From NCBI RefSeq assembly GCF_009914755.1, contig NC_060925.1: a DNA stretch of 64,000 nt. One strand, given 5' to 3'. The stretch is from the human T2T-CHM13v2.0 reference genome, Homo sapiens. The notes under the pieces are model-generated. The model worked only from the letters and a program-made list of their open reading frames with translations, ran no database searches and had not been told where the DNA came from. A program made the position numbers and the translations under genes. Positions 36,588-51,153 of the stretch are shown here, one piece after another. Position 1 is the stretch's first letter, and the number at the start of each line of letters is the position of its first letter.

Positions 36588-37051
36588 ATTATTTTGAGGG
36601 CAAGAGATCTACTCATTTAGCATGAATTCCAAATACAATGTTATTACCTACAGTCCTCATGTCATATATTAGATCTCTAGACTTGGTCATCCTACATATC
36701 TTGTACTTTGTGTCCTCTGACCTGTATCTCCTTATTTCACACCACTCCACCCCCACTAAACCACTGTTCATGCTTTACTTCTGTATATTTGAAAATTTTT
36801 TTAGATTCCTCATATAAATGAAATCATACAATATTTTTTCTTTCTGTGTCTGGCTTATTTCACATAGAATAATGTCTTCTAGGCTTATCCATTTGTAGTA
36901 AGGTCAAGGTCTCATTCTTTTTCAGGGCTGAATAATATTCCATTGTTTTGTATGTACCACACACAGTTTCTTTATCCATTTGTCCATTTACAGACACCTA
37001 GATTGTTTCCATATCTTGGCTATTGTGAATAATGCTGCAATGAACACAGGA

Positions 37052-37230
37052 AAATACAAAAATTAGCTGAGTGTTGTGGCAGGTGCCTGTAATCCCAGAT
37101 ACTCAGAGGCTGAGTCAGGAGAATTGCTTGAACCCAGGAGGCAAAGGTTGCAATGAGCTGAGATAGAACCACTGCCCTCCAGTCTAGGCAACAAAACAAG
37201 ACTCTATCTTAAAATAAATAAATAAAATAA
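37052..37230 (+). mobile_element. 5'-truncated Alu (right arm)
   Basis: TSD AATGAACACAGGA. Confidence 0.9.
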
Positions 37231-37519
37231 AATGAACACAGGAGTGCAGGTATCTTTACAAGGTGGTGATTAAATTTGGGGGGTATATGCAAAGATGAGG
37301 GATCACGGGGTGATGTGATAGTTCTATATTTAATTTTTTGAGAAGCCTCCATCTTGTTTTCCGTAATGGCTATACCAGTCTACATTCCCAGTGACAACTC
37401 ACAAGGATTTTTCTCCACATGCCTAGGTTCCTTTGCAGTTGGCCAACATCAGCTGCAATGTGGCATTTATTGACTCCATTTGGCTACAGCTTTTCTCACA
37501 TTGTCACACAGGGTGCTGG

Positions 37520-37768
37520 CAGAGTCTAGTGGGTAAGGGCAGAGGCTCTACAGCAAGATCGCCTAGTGGTGTGAATCCTGCTTCTGTTATTAATTACTGA
37601 CTCTGTGACTTTAGGCAAGTTACCTAATCACTTTGGGATTCAGTTTCCATTTCTGGAAAAGGGTAACAATAATAGTACCTGCAGCAATGGGTTGTGATAA
37701 TTCAATGGGTTAATGCCTAAAGAATAGAACCTACATAAAAATTTCAATAAATAGTAATTATTATTACT
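37520..37768 (+). mobile_element. MIR
   Basis: TGTGACTTTAGGCAAGTTACCTAA..CAGTTTCC..AATAATAGTACCT. Confidence 0.8.
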
Positions 37769-37833
37769 TGTACAGCAGGCTGTGATGTCATCTGGTATAT
37801 AACACATTATTTATAGTTGACTATTCATAAGCC

Positions 37834-38740
37834 TGTGTGGTGGCTCTGCAATGTGTTGGCTAGGCCAAGTTATCTTTCCTGTGTGTTTCTGGTTAGAGTA
37901 AACCACAAGAAACATTCTTGTGCAAAACTTGGAGGGCATAAGTGAAAAAGCAATTATTTTGTAGCTCACATGCATTGTCATTTATGTCCTGGCTCACGCA
38001 ATTTGTGTGAGTCAGTGGCTGGGCCTACTACTCTTCTACTTTCCCCTGGATCTTCTTAGAGATTCTCACAGATTCTCTGACTCCCAGGATAGGTGTGTTT
38101 GTTTAGCTCCATGGTGAAGCACCCTGACTTCTCCAGGACACCCACACCACTAAGGGCAGAGACAACAAGAACTAACACAAGTTTTAGTCCATCCTCACAG
38201 GTTCCAGCTTGTGCTTGTGGGTTCCTGCCTATTCTTAATCTCCTGACTTTACAGGCATCTTCCCTTCTTCACTGTCAGCCTCACGGATTTTTTTTTTTTT
38301 TTTTTTTTTGAGATAGGGTCTCACTCTGTCACCCAGGCAGCGGCACTATCATAACTCACTGCAACCTCGAACTCCTGGGCTCAAGTGATCCTCCCACCTC
38401 AGCCTCTCAAGTAGTTAGCACTACAGGTGCATGACACTAAGCCTGGCAAATTTTTGGATTTTTTGTAGAGACAAAGGTCTCACTATGTTTCCCAGGCTGT
38501 TCTTGAACTCCTAGGCTCAAGTGATCCTCTCGCCTTGGCCTCCCAAAGCACTGGGATTATAGGCATGTGCCACTGCTCCCATTCCTGCCTCGCAGATATT
38601 AAGATCCGGCATCAGATGCTGATTCTTAACTAGCTCCCATAATTGTGTAAGGTCAAACACCTGTAACAAATCCTTTTAGAGAGAGAGAGAGAGAGATCCC
38701 TAATAGTCCTTATTCCCTGATTGAACTCTCTGACTGATAT
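37834..38740 (+). mobile_element. Old ERVL-class LTR (LTR41/LTR52-like), split by AluJ at 38288-38586 (minus)
   Basis: TGTGTGGTGGCTCTGCAATGTG...CCCTGATTGAACTCTCTGACTGATA; subfamily uncertain. Confidence 0.55.
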
Positions 38741-39317
38741 GCCCAGCATAACTAAAATAGTTCCACTTGGCAGCAACATGATTACAGACAAAAATGAAAA
38801 CATGGGCAATGAAATCCTGTGGGATATTTGGTTATAACAAAGTCACTCATAGAATGCAGAATAGAATTATTTTTGGATGATTATGAAAATGAAATTTTAC
38901 AATAAAAAATTCTCATAAGATATCCTACATTATGTTGAAAAATATTTCTGTTATTCATTCTTATTTGGCTTTTTACATAGCAAGTTTTGGAGACATTGAA
39001 TACCTGATGTTCTTGTACTTCCCATTCCCAACTTCTTTTGTTGCAGACACTGTTGCCTTGAACTTTTTGGAGGAAAAAAAGACATACCATAACTCATCCT
39101 TTTCTGTTTCCAAACTTATCTCCTGACTCAAAAGAATCCCACCTATCTCTCACAAATATACTTATTCTTTATTCAATCTATCATTTAAAAACATTATTCG
39201 GTATCTGCTATATGCTAGACATAGAACTGTTGCTATATATACAAAGACAAATCACTGTATTTTTGTTAAAGGAGCTGAGTTTCTAATACAGGTGAGAAGC
39301 AAACAATCTAACAATGA

Positions 39318-39728
<411 letters not shown>

Positions 39729-40202
39729 TACTTGCGTTAAATATTACAGTCTGAATAAGGATTAGACTGTAGAAGGTGAAGGATCTTTTGGACTGAAAGA
39801 ACAGGATTGTAAAGTTCTGGAGGTGCAAGGAAACATGGAATATTTTAGAAAATGTCTAATAGGGACTCACAAGTTCGAAGGTGAGGAGCAAGATCTAGGT
39901 TAGAATCACACTGCAGAATTATCTTCACTCAGTAAACAATTGAAGTCGTGGGCGAGAGAATACAGGCTGACCACAAACAGCAGGAAGACGATAGTGGCCA
40001 AGGACAGCACTCAGTTGGGCCACAGCACTTTCCAAGGTGAAAAGGAAGGAGAGCATGGGAAGCACACAGAAGGGGAGGCCAGAGAAGATGCAGGAGAGAA
40101 TTATGTCCTAGAATCCAGATCTGCAAGAAAATTAATTTCTATTGTTTATACCAGTCTTGGGTATTTTGTTGCACAGCACAAATAGACTAAGACAAGGTGA
40201 TA

Positions 40203-40500
40203 TGCCAAGCACAGTGGCTCATATCTATAATCCCAGCACTTTGGGAAGCTGAGGCAGGCAGATCACCTGAGGTCAGGAGTTTGAGACCAGCCTGGCCATC
40301 ATGGTGAAACCCTGTCTCTACAATTAGCCAGGCGTGTTGGTGGGTGCCTGTAGTCTCAGCTACTCAGGAGGCTGAGGCAGGAGAAATCGCTGGAACCCAG
40401 GAGGCGGAGGTTGCAGTAAGCTGAGATTGTGCCATTGCACTCCAGCCTGGGCGACAAGAACAAAACTCCATCTCAAAAAAAAAAAAAAAAGAAGAAGAAG
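40203..40500 (+). mobile_element. AluSq/Sx with shortened linker; flanked by MLT1/MST-like LTR fragments
   Basis: Dimer; upstream ..CAGCACAAATAGACTAAGACA LTR end. Confidence 0.88.
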
Positions 40501-41077
40501 GTTTATGAATCATTGCGTGTATCCACCAACTTCCTGCCAGGAGGATGCATGCCCCAATAGGGACCGCACTGTAATCCTGGGTCCTATGAGAGGAAGATGA
40601 GGAACAGAGCCCTTGCAGATGACCTACTGGTCCTGACATGGACCATGAGGAAAATTTAATGTTTGTTGTTGTAAGCCACTTGGTTTGAGTTGTTTTATCA
40701 CCTCAGCAAAGCCGATTAGTATAGAATTTGGTGATGGATTTGAAGTATTGCTATTACAAAGTACCTAAAAAGAATATGACATTTAGACTTGTATTTAAGA
40801 TTGAGCACATTAGCAAATTTGGGGCACAAGGTAATACCTTTATGACGAGAATAAACATTTTTACAGCCCTCTCTGTGTCAGAAGTTTTGAGTCTTCTTAA
40901 GTGTTAAGCGTCCATTATTATGTGGCATAAAGAAATAAATTTATTCCAGCTTTTAAATGGATTTTTACTTTTGGCCTCTTCACTGGAGTAGTGACATTTC
41001 GACATGATCATTATTTAGGTTGTCATGGATATATTGATTTTCATACTTATTTTGCAGCTAAAATATTTAAATGTTGA

Positions 41078-41450
<373 letters not shown>

Positions 41451-41860
41451 GACAAGAATTATTAATATATGACTGTTCTTAGGCTGTGCCCACTTCATCT
41501 ATACAGAAGGAGGTTCTGTCACACCCACTGTGATTCTGAAGAGTGTTATGCAGAATCCTGGAATCTGGGAAAAAGTAGCAAGAATAAATGTCACAGACTA
41601 TTTTTAAACAATTATTATTTAGGAAAAGGAGTAAAAAAGGAAGATAAGCTAAACTCTTCAGGGGCTTGGCAATATCTGAACATGCGACATATTATTAGCA
41701 AGACGTGGAAGTTTTAGGTGCAGAAATGAGAGATGTGATCAGGGAGATCTGGGGAACAGAGTAATACTTTTGAGAAAAAGAGTCATCCTGGGTAGGAGGA
41801 AAGTGATAACCATCTGGGATTTTCAGGGTGTTGGAGAACTGAAAAGGACAGAAATTGGAT

Positions 41861-42399
<539 letters not shown>

Positions 42400-44786
42400 A
42401 GAAATTGAAATTTAATGAGTTATTGTAGACTTACGTACTTGGGTTTCTCCTGATGACCTGGGGGAACAACATAAAGAAAAATCAAAATTCTTATTTTTCT
42501 GCTCTTCTTTGAATGTAAAACTCCTGACTGAACCATGTGGGTAATGGTTTCCATATAGATTCACATACATGTTAGCTTACCCTCAGTCCATCCCTGATCC
42601 CCTTCATCCCTGAGATTTACTCTATCCCTGAGACACACTTAGTCACTCCTACTCTTCCCAAGTAGAACTTCCTTTGATCCCCACCCTAATCCTGACCCTA
42701 CCCCATTCCTGAGCTTCACTGCATTTCACAAACTTAACCTATATCTTAATGGTGAAAATCAAGAATGAAGTTTAGATATGTGTAAAGATGAAGGTGTTTG
42801 TGGTATGTTATTGAATAATTTTTTAATTGTATTTTTAAAGTTTTCTCAAAATTCAACCTAAAATTCTTATTACTGTGTCAAAACTGCCATATCAAAATAT
42901 TTTCTTCTATTTCTGCTTTCCTCAGTTATTACCATTTTTGATACATCAGGGATTCTTCTCTATAATTTGGAATACATGTTTAAAGGAACATATCTGACCT
43001 CTCTGAATTTTGTCCTTGGCCTATGTGATGCCATCAACAGTGAGTTGACCTGAGATTTAAAGCTCAGTAGAGGACAGAGCCACTGAAATTAGATGTGAAG
43101 ACTGCTAAATTTCAGCCAACAGTAGGTAGGTTGGTTTAAAAATGAAAAAGAAAGCAATTAATTAATTCACTTTAATCTTAAACAAATTATATTAATTACA
43201 ACCAACTCATATCTGGGTTGTAATCAAAATTAGTCAAAATTCAAGCAACAAAGTTAAAGAAACAGTTTGATCAAATTTTTTTTTTTTTTTGATCACAGGA
43301 GTCACAGATTTGGGAAGGACTTTAGTTATTGTTTCTCGGAACAGTGGGAAACACTGCACTGAAACGCTGCTTTTCTGGAAAGCCCTTTTCGTCACAAATC
43401 CCTCCCTTCTTTTCTTTCCTTTCCTTCCTCTGTAGCCATGTCAAAAATAAAATTCTAAGCAAGTTTCTTTTGAATCTGTGTCTTTTTTCAACTGAGCTTC
43501 TGCAATTCTCTTATCTGCTTGCCCAGCTTGACTCTGTGGTTCAGCATAGCTTTGTTTCTTAGTTGTCTTAGTGACAAAGAGATATTAATAAACACAAATT
43601 CTAAACATAGTCTAAACCAATGAATAATAGTTATATCTCAGTGCTGTGACTCCAGGTCTCTGAACTCACCTGCAGTTATTTTCAAGTTTTCTCTAATTGT
43701 GAACTCACATGTTACTAGTTTTCTGCCACTGCTCATAAAATTTTGGAATTACTTTCTACAAGCCTTGCTTGAGTTCTCTGATTAAAAATGCAACTTTTTA
43801 AAATTATAATATGGTTTTATTTTTAACCCTACCTAATTAGGGACATTTAATATCATCTGTCCTTATTGGGCTATTCAATAAAACTGGCATGCTATTGCTA
43901 TTTTAGGGCAACCCCACTTTCAGCTGTGCAGCATGTTTATACAACCTACTTTATTTATGCTTTCATTAACAGAAGCCAGAAACTGCTCATATGCTCCTGC
44001 AGGAGATGCCAAGGCCCTTCCAGCTCTAGTCCTCAGTTTATAATCAAACAAATCTGGACGTTTTCAGAATAGACCTTATTATGCTTTCAGTTTTTAAATC
44101 CTTTCCTGAAATTTCTTATCAACACAAAAGAAACGATACCAAAACAAAACACTGGTAAAGTGAATCAGGCAACTGGTTAAAACAGGAAAAGAAGCTGATT
44201 GCAGTTTTTACTTTCTGCATAATGAACACTTTTCAATGAATTAATGGACTCCCCTGATTATGTATTTCAGACTGTTTTAGATCAAAATGATTGAATATTC
44301 CCTGTTTAGTTTGATTTTTATAAACTTTCATTATGGTTGTTCATATGAAAGTATTAGCTTTTCTTTCAAACTGGTTACTTACTTTTTTCTCCTGAGAAAG
44401 ACTTAATTTTTTCTGGATGATGATTTTACTACCCAAACAAGTTTTTCTTAAATAAAAAAACAGATCACTTGTTTTAATAAAATTTTATAAAAGTCAATAG
44501 GAAAATATATAAATATTGAGGTACTTTCTATTGGTTTTTAATATAGTGATTGAATAACATAAGTTCAGTGTAAAATATAACTGATAATAAAGCTAAGATT
44601 AGAAACAACATTTTTCCCAATCAATGTAATAGGATGACATTAAAAAATTAAGTATTTATAATGTCACTTAATAATTTAGCAGATCTCCATATCTTCCTTC
44701 AGATCTTTAATCATATTACTTTCAAAGCAAACATATTAGAAAAATAAGCAGAGTATAAAAAACAAAAACAAAACAAAACTAAGTGC

Positions 44787-45113
<327 letters not shown>

Positions 45114-45327
45114 CTAATTTTCACTCACTTTTTAAAAACTTTTTAAAAAGTGTGACATTTCTCAAATCCACTCACATCTTGCTGGCCTCAGAGAAGCTCT
45201 GTAACTCCTGTGGAAGAGAACACCATTTTCTGTCAGGTAATGGAAACTATCCATTCTATAATCATCTATGATTTATACAAAGCTTTCATATGATAGTGCT
45301 GAGATGCACATCCAGGTCTTCTAATTA

Positions 45328-45754
<427 letters not shown>

Positions 45755-46069
45755 TCACATTTTTATCTTTGCATTCATTTTTGAAAAATTGTTTATTTTT
45801 TGAGAAGTAAGTAATTATCATGGCCTACATACAAAACTAAGGTTCAGCTATAGATTTAGGTAACTATACCTTCTATACCCTCTAATCCTGTCATACTGCA
45901 ACCTTCTGAGTCAATGCAGTAGAAACATGTTACAAGTGAAGCAGTGTCAAAGGAAACCCCTGAAAGAAATGTAGATCAGGTCCAAAAATGAACCTGTTAT
46001 TCCTTGTAATAAAAGTAGAAGTTTGAAAAGTAGAAGGTTGGGTATATTCTATTTTTAAATCATGAGTGG

Positions 46070-48070
46070 TTTCACACATTACTTTTGGTTACATGTGTTT
46101 AGCCAGAACTTAGTTACATGTTCACATTTAGCTACAAAATTAAAGCTAAGAAATACAATCTTTAGCTCTGAGGCCATATTCCTATCAAAATTTCCATTAT
46201 TATAGAAGTAGAGGACAGATATTGAGGGCACAACTAGAAACCTCTGCCAGTCTGACATTTTAGTGACCAAAAAATCTCTGTGCATACCCATAGGACATAT
46301 TCACCTCTTAGGCAAGGGAGACAATCCCCAGGAATTATTCATTTACTACATTTGGCTTAAAGTCCAGGATTGCAGGATGATGCAAAGTGCAGTATCCCTG
46401 GGTGTTCAGCTGCCTTTCAATTAGGGCTGGATGTGGATCTTATGATCCAGTGATCTATAAACTAAAAGAAATATTTTCTCCACACACCTCTGCCCCAACT
46501 GGCATACAAAGATGGGATAGAACAAAATAAGTGCAGTACGTACTCCCATTCAGGAAATGAAAGAATTGGAAATGCATAAAAATGACAGGACCCTAGCAAT
46601 TTTCAAGTCCCACTAGCAGGAAAAATTGGATAAATTCCCTACCCAGATGGTAGAGTTACTTTGGTTACTCTGTCTTTCAGTTGCTTGTTCCACTCTCTGA
46701 AAGGAATTGCCCTGTCCACTGTTTTCTGCGTTTACAACTGAAGTGGGTAGTGGGGCTATGCCCTCCTTAGCAGGCTGAATATCTTTTGAACTTGCTTCTT
46801 GAAAATGCAGATTTTCAAATCCAGGAATTTCTTTAGAGATTAAAAAAAAATCATAGGCCTTGTGAGCCAGTCTTATAGGTTTTCAGCAATACATTTTCCT
46901 GAAAAACTTGATAAGCTTCTGGTGTTTACAGGCAACCACAGAAATGCATATCATCTAGGCATAGTATGATTGAAATCTCTACTATTTTCCCCCCTGCCTT
47001 TGATGCTCTGTCTACCTCCACTCCCGACCCCCAAATTGAAGTTGTCTGAAAGAAGAGCCTTGTATAGGAAGGCAATACTCTTAATCTGACTTTGCCAGGG
47101 TGAAGTTTTGCCATGAGCAAGTTCCTCATTACCTGCTTGCAAAATGTTAATGGAGATGCCTTAGAAAGGGTGGGCTACAGCCTGTTTTCCTTAGTGTTAC
47201 TTCCCTAGAGCCAGAATCACCTTATAACAAGCATGAGTTCATGTCTTTCTTGGGACTTTGGTACAAGAGGCAAGAAGCAGCTGACTAACATTGATATTAT
47301 GAATTTTTCCAATTATTTCCACTTGAATTATAAGCTCTGTTAGCAAATGGTTTGTATTCAAATTTTGTGACAGTTTTACCAAAACTTTTTAAAAATATAA
47401 AACAAGCATTCCTAAGTTTTAATTCTAAAATATCTGTCCTTTTGATACCAATCACCCAGCCACCAAGCTAATACTACACATTTTTAGTTTTGTTATAACA
47501 ATGCCCTGAATCTAGGAATAAAATTATCAAATTATCTACCTGTTTCAGAAACAGAAATCCTTCTAATTACTTCAGGCAGAAAAGGATTGAAACCCAAAGA
47601 GGTAGATGCTTAATAAAGTTTTTGATGAGCAGGAGAAATAGAATTTAGGCAGAACTGACCTCTATGGAAGTTCTCACCTCTGACAGAAAGAAATTATAAG
47701 GCTTCCACTAGAGATACTGAATCCAAGAACATACCCCTGTACCTGCGATCCAGAAATCAGGAAACCAAATTAAGAAGTTACCCTTGCTGCTGCCATAATA
47801 CTTTATAACATCCACAGAGCTGTAATACTGATGCAGAATACCATGCTTCCACAATGTTGCTTGCCAGAAGAAACAGTCAAAGCAACAGGAAAGTGGTCTG
47901 CACCTACTCTGCCTTCCAAATCTCTTGCTAATACATCTATTTCATAGAATTTAATTCACATAAAACTCGAGAAGCAAGTGAATCTTGGAAATGTCACTTT
48001 CAGCCTCTGAAATAGATGAAGAAATACCTAGAAGAGTATAGTAATAGATGCTGACTGCAAATTATCCACA
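46070..48070. mobile_element. Ancient MLT1-type MaLR LTR and internal fragments
   Basis: GATATTGAGGGCACAACTAGAAACCTCTGCCA LTR end followed by MLT1-int-like text; heavily decayed. Confidence 0.45.
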
Positions 48071-48337
48071 ACAAGCAAAGTATGAAAAAGCTTTAGATAA
48101 GATATGAGAATCATCAGCAATAAGATGGTAATTGAAGCCAGTGGAGAGCATGTGATCAAGGGGAAGATGGCAGTGGAAGAAAAAAGTGTGGAGGATAGAA
48201 ATAATTCAAATTTAAGGAATGATCAGAGAAAGAAAAGCTCCTCCTGCTGCAGACTGAAATGGGAAGGCCAGAGGGAGCTCAGAACCGAGGTTTGAGAAAA
48301 CAAAAAAAAAGAAGAAAAAAAAAATGCCAGAGACAGA

Positions 48338-48374
48338 GAACAAGAACAAGAAGAAGAGGAAGAGGCGGAAGAGA

Positions 48375-48405
<31 letters not shown>

Positions 48406-48502
48406 AGAAGAAGGAGAAGGAGAAGGAGAAGGAGAAGGAGAAGGAGAAGAAGAAGAAGAAGAAGAAGAAGAAGAAGAAGAAGAAGAAGAAGAAGAAGAAG
48501 AA
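48338..48502. repeat. Compound GAA repeat: (GAA)10(GGAGAA)5GGA(GAA)19 core
   Basis: Read directly: 48383-48412, 48413-48445, 48446-48502. Confidence 0.97.
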
Positions 48503-49078
48503 ATACTAATAATGAAACAGGAGAGTAAGTCTAAGAGAAGGGAGGATTAAAAGAAAGAAGGGTAATAACATGGTCAAAGAATGAAGATTTTCAAATCCAG
48601 GAATTTCTTTAAAGATTAAAAAAAAAAAACAACAAAAAACAAAAAACACAAGCCTTTGTGACCCAGTAAGAAAAGGATTAAAATGGGTACTGGGTTAAGT
48701 AACAAAGACATAACCCTGGTGATGTTGTTTCATTGGAATGATGGGAGTAAGAGACAGACTCAGTGAGCTGAAAAATGAATGCGATCTGAGAATGAGGAGG
48801 TAGGGAGTGTCAACGATCCCGGCAATAACTCTGCCCATAAAACTACAGGGCAGGTGTAGGATATTAGCTCAAAGTAGATTTGGAGAAAAGAAGATAAATA
48901 TATTCTCGCCTTTTTTAAGATGGGAGGTAGTTGAGAATATATAAACATTAAATTGGAAAGACAAAAGAAGGGATTGAGAGGTTGAAATGTAGAAAACAAG
49001 AGAAAAACTAATGAAAGGTGATTCTTGAGGGCAGATAATGGAATTCAGAGCAGAAGTAAAATAAATGACTTTGCATGG

Positions 49079-49685
49079 TGTGACGGTTAATTTTATGTCT
49101 CAACTTGATTGGATGAATGGATACCCATATAGTTGGTAAAACATTATTTCTAGGTGTGTCTGTGAAGGTGTTTTTAGCATGTGAATCAGCAGACTGAGTA
49201 AAGAAGATCCTCTCTCACCAATGTGGGCAGACATCATTCAGTCCATTAAAGGCCTGGATGGAACAAAGGAGCAGGGGAAGGTCTCTCTCTTTCTCTCTCA
49301 GGGGAAGATTTTTTTTTTTCTCTCTCTCTTTTTATTTCTTCTTTCTTTTCTCTCTCCTTGAGCTGGGACATCCATCTTCTCCTGCCCTGCGGATGTTGTT
49401 GCTTCTGGTTCTGGGGCCTTTGCACTGTGGTACTTACGCCATCTCCTCACTCAGCCCCGCAGGCCTTTGGCTTCAGATTGGGAGTTACATCACTGGCTTC
49501 TTAGGCCTTTGGACTTGGACTGAATAATACCACTGTTTTTTCTGGATCTCCAGCTTGCAGATGACATTTCATAAAACTTCTCGGTCTCCATAATGATGGC
49601 CAATTTCCATAATAAATCTCCTCCTATACATGTATCTACAGATACTCTATTCATTCTGTTTGTCTGAAGAACCCTGACGAATATA
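49079..49685 (+). mobile_element. MLT2 (ERVL) solo LTR
   Basis: TGTGACGGTTAATTTTATGTCTCAACTTG...AATAAATCTC...GAACCCTGACGAATATA. Confidence 0.88.
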
Positions 49686-50004
49686 GGTGGGAAAGAAAAC
49701 AGCTTTCCTATTGTTGCAGGGGAAATGGAAATGAATGGGTTCAGATGCAGGTAAGATTGGATGGTGAGGCATGAGATGGAGAGAAAATCACTGCTGATTT
49801 CTATTTTTTTCACACATGAAAATAGAAAAGGTCCTTTGTTATATCGAAGAGACATGTAGTGAGTTGTATGATCCTTGAAAAGTTGAGAATATTTGAGTCT
49901 ATACTTATATCGCAGATCAATAACCTTCTGGTGAAGAGGAGCTGCTTGATATTGATTAAAGTCTTTCATTCACTAGTTGAGTGGGAGAGAGGAGATGCTG
50001 AGAG

Positions 50005-51153
50005 TGTGTGTCAGTTTCCTAGGGCTGCCATCATAAAGTGCCAACTGGATGGCTTAGAATAACAGAAATTCATTGTCTTACATTTCCGGAGGCCAGAAGT
50101 CCAAAATCAAGATGTTGGCAAAACTATGCTTCCTCTTGAAACTGCCATTGCAAAATTATAACTGAGTCAGTGAAAGAGATCTGACCTAACCAACTCCTTG
50201 CTTCTAACCTCCAGGCTGTCCTTGTTCATTCCTGGGCATAGGCTGAACTAACTTCTGGAGGAACTTAGTTTTAGTTTAAAACAAAGACAATAGATAACAG
50301 CCCTTTCCTAAAACAAACCTCCTTCTTTCCTGGGGACTAGACTGCCTTTGTAGGACTAATGAATTAGGCACAAGATTAGCAATTATGGGTTAGGAATGCA
50401 GCTGGTGGCTACGAGATTTCTGACCCTCCCTAAACTGCTCCTAAGATCAGTGCTGGAGCTATTTTGCAGACCCTGAACTTGACAGATCAACTGGCCCCAC
50501 CCAGATCAATAAACTGGCTCATGTGATCTTGTGGCAACCCCCGCCCACCCCGGCAACCCAGGAATTAACTCAGTGCAGTAAGACAGCTTTGACTCCCTAG
50601 GATTTCATCTCTGAACTGACCAATCAGCACTCCCAGCTCACTGGCTTCCCCCGACCCACCAAATTGCCCTTAAAAACTCTGATCCCCGAATGCTCAGCGA
50701 GACTGATTTGAGTAATAATAAAACTCTGGTCTCCCATGCAGCTGGCTCTATGTGAATTACACTTTCTCTATTGCAATTCCCCTGCCTTATAAATTGGCTG
50801 TGTCTAGGCAGTGGGCAAGGTGAACCCATTGGGCAGTTGCACTCTGAAGGTGCTAGGGAAAAATGTTTCAGGTCCCTCTCCTGGTTCCTGGTAGCTTCTG
50901 GGTAGGTGACAGCATAACTCCAGTTTTCACATGATGGGCTCCTTGTGTGTGTGTGTCTGTGTCTAAATTTGCCTTTCTATACAGACACCAGCCAGATTGG
51001 ATTAGTGTTCCACCCTACTCCAGTATGACCTCATTTTAACTTAACTAATTATGACTTTAAGGATTCTGTTTCCATATAAGGTCATAATCAGGTACTGAGG
51101 GTTTGAACTTCAACATATAAATTTGGTGGAAGGGGCACAGTTAAACCCTAGCA
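50005..51153 (-). mobile_element. MLT1 LTR split by LTR8
   Basis: GTCAGTTTCCTAGGGCTGCC..GGAGGCCAGAAGTCCAAAATCAAG; continues after 50845. Confidence 0.8.
50137..50841 (+). mobile_element. LTR8 solo LTR
   Basis: TGAAACTGCCATTGCAAAATTATAACTGAG...GGGCAGTTGCA; TSD CTCT. Confidence 0.9.

Larger units (their letters stand above)
36146..37420 (-). mobile_element. L1MA 3' end with two Alu insertions
   Basis: TCTGTGTCTGGCTTATTTCAC, GGCTGAATAATATTCCATTG. Confidence 0.85.

Noticed and set aside
45126-45152. 27-bp palindrome CACTTTTTAAAAA-C-TTTTTAAAAAGTG (similar 21-bp one at 62288-62308)
   Set aside because: Low-complexity, explicable by local slippage or template switch, with no associated structure.
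48259-48528. Poly-Arg / poly-Lys ORFs resembling protamines
   Set aside because: Translations of the GAA repeat.
49103-49118. DUX4-like motif TGATTGGATGAA in MLT2
   Set aside because: Mismatches the TGATTRRATTA consensus, and the LTR looks like an older MLT2 subfamily.
49490-49969. 159-aa minus-strand ORF
   Set aside because: Spans the MLT2 LTR and L2-like flank, has no recognisable domain, and is most likely a chance ORF.
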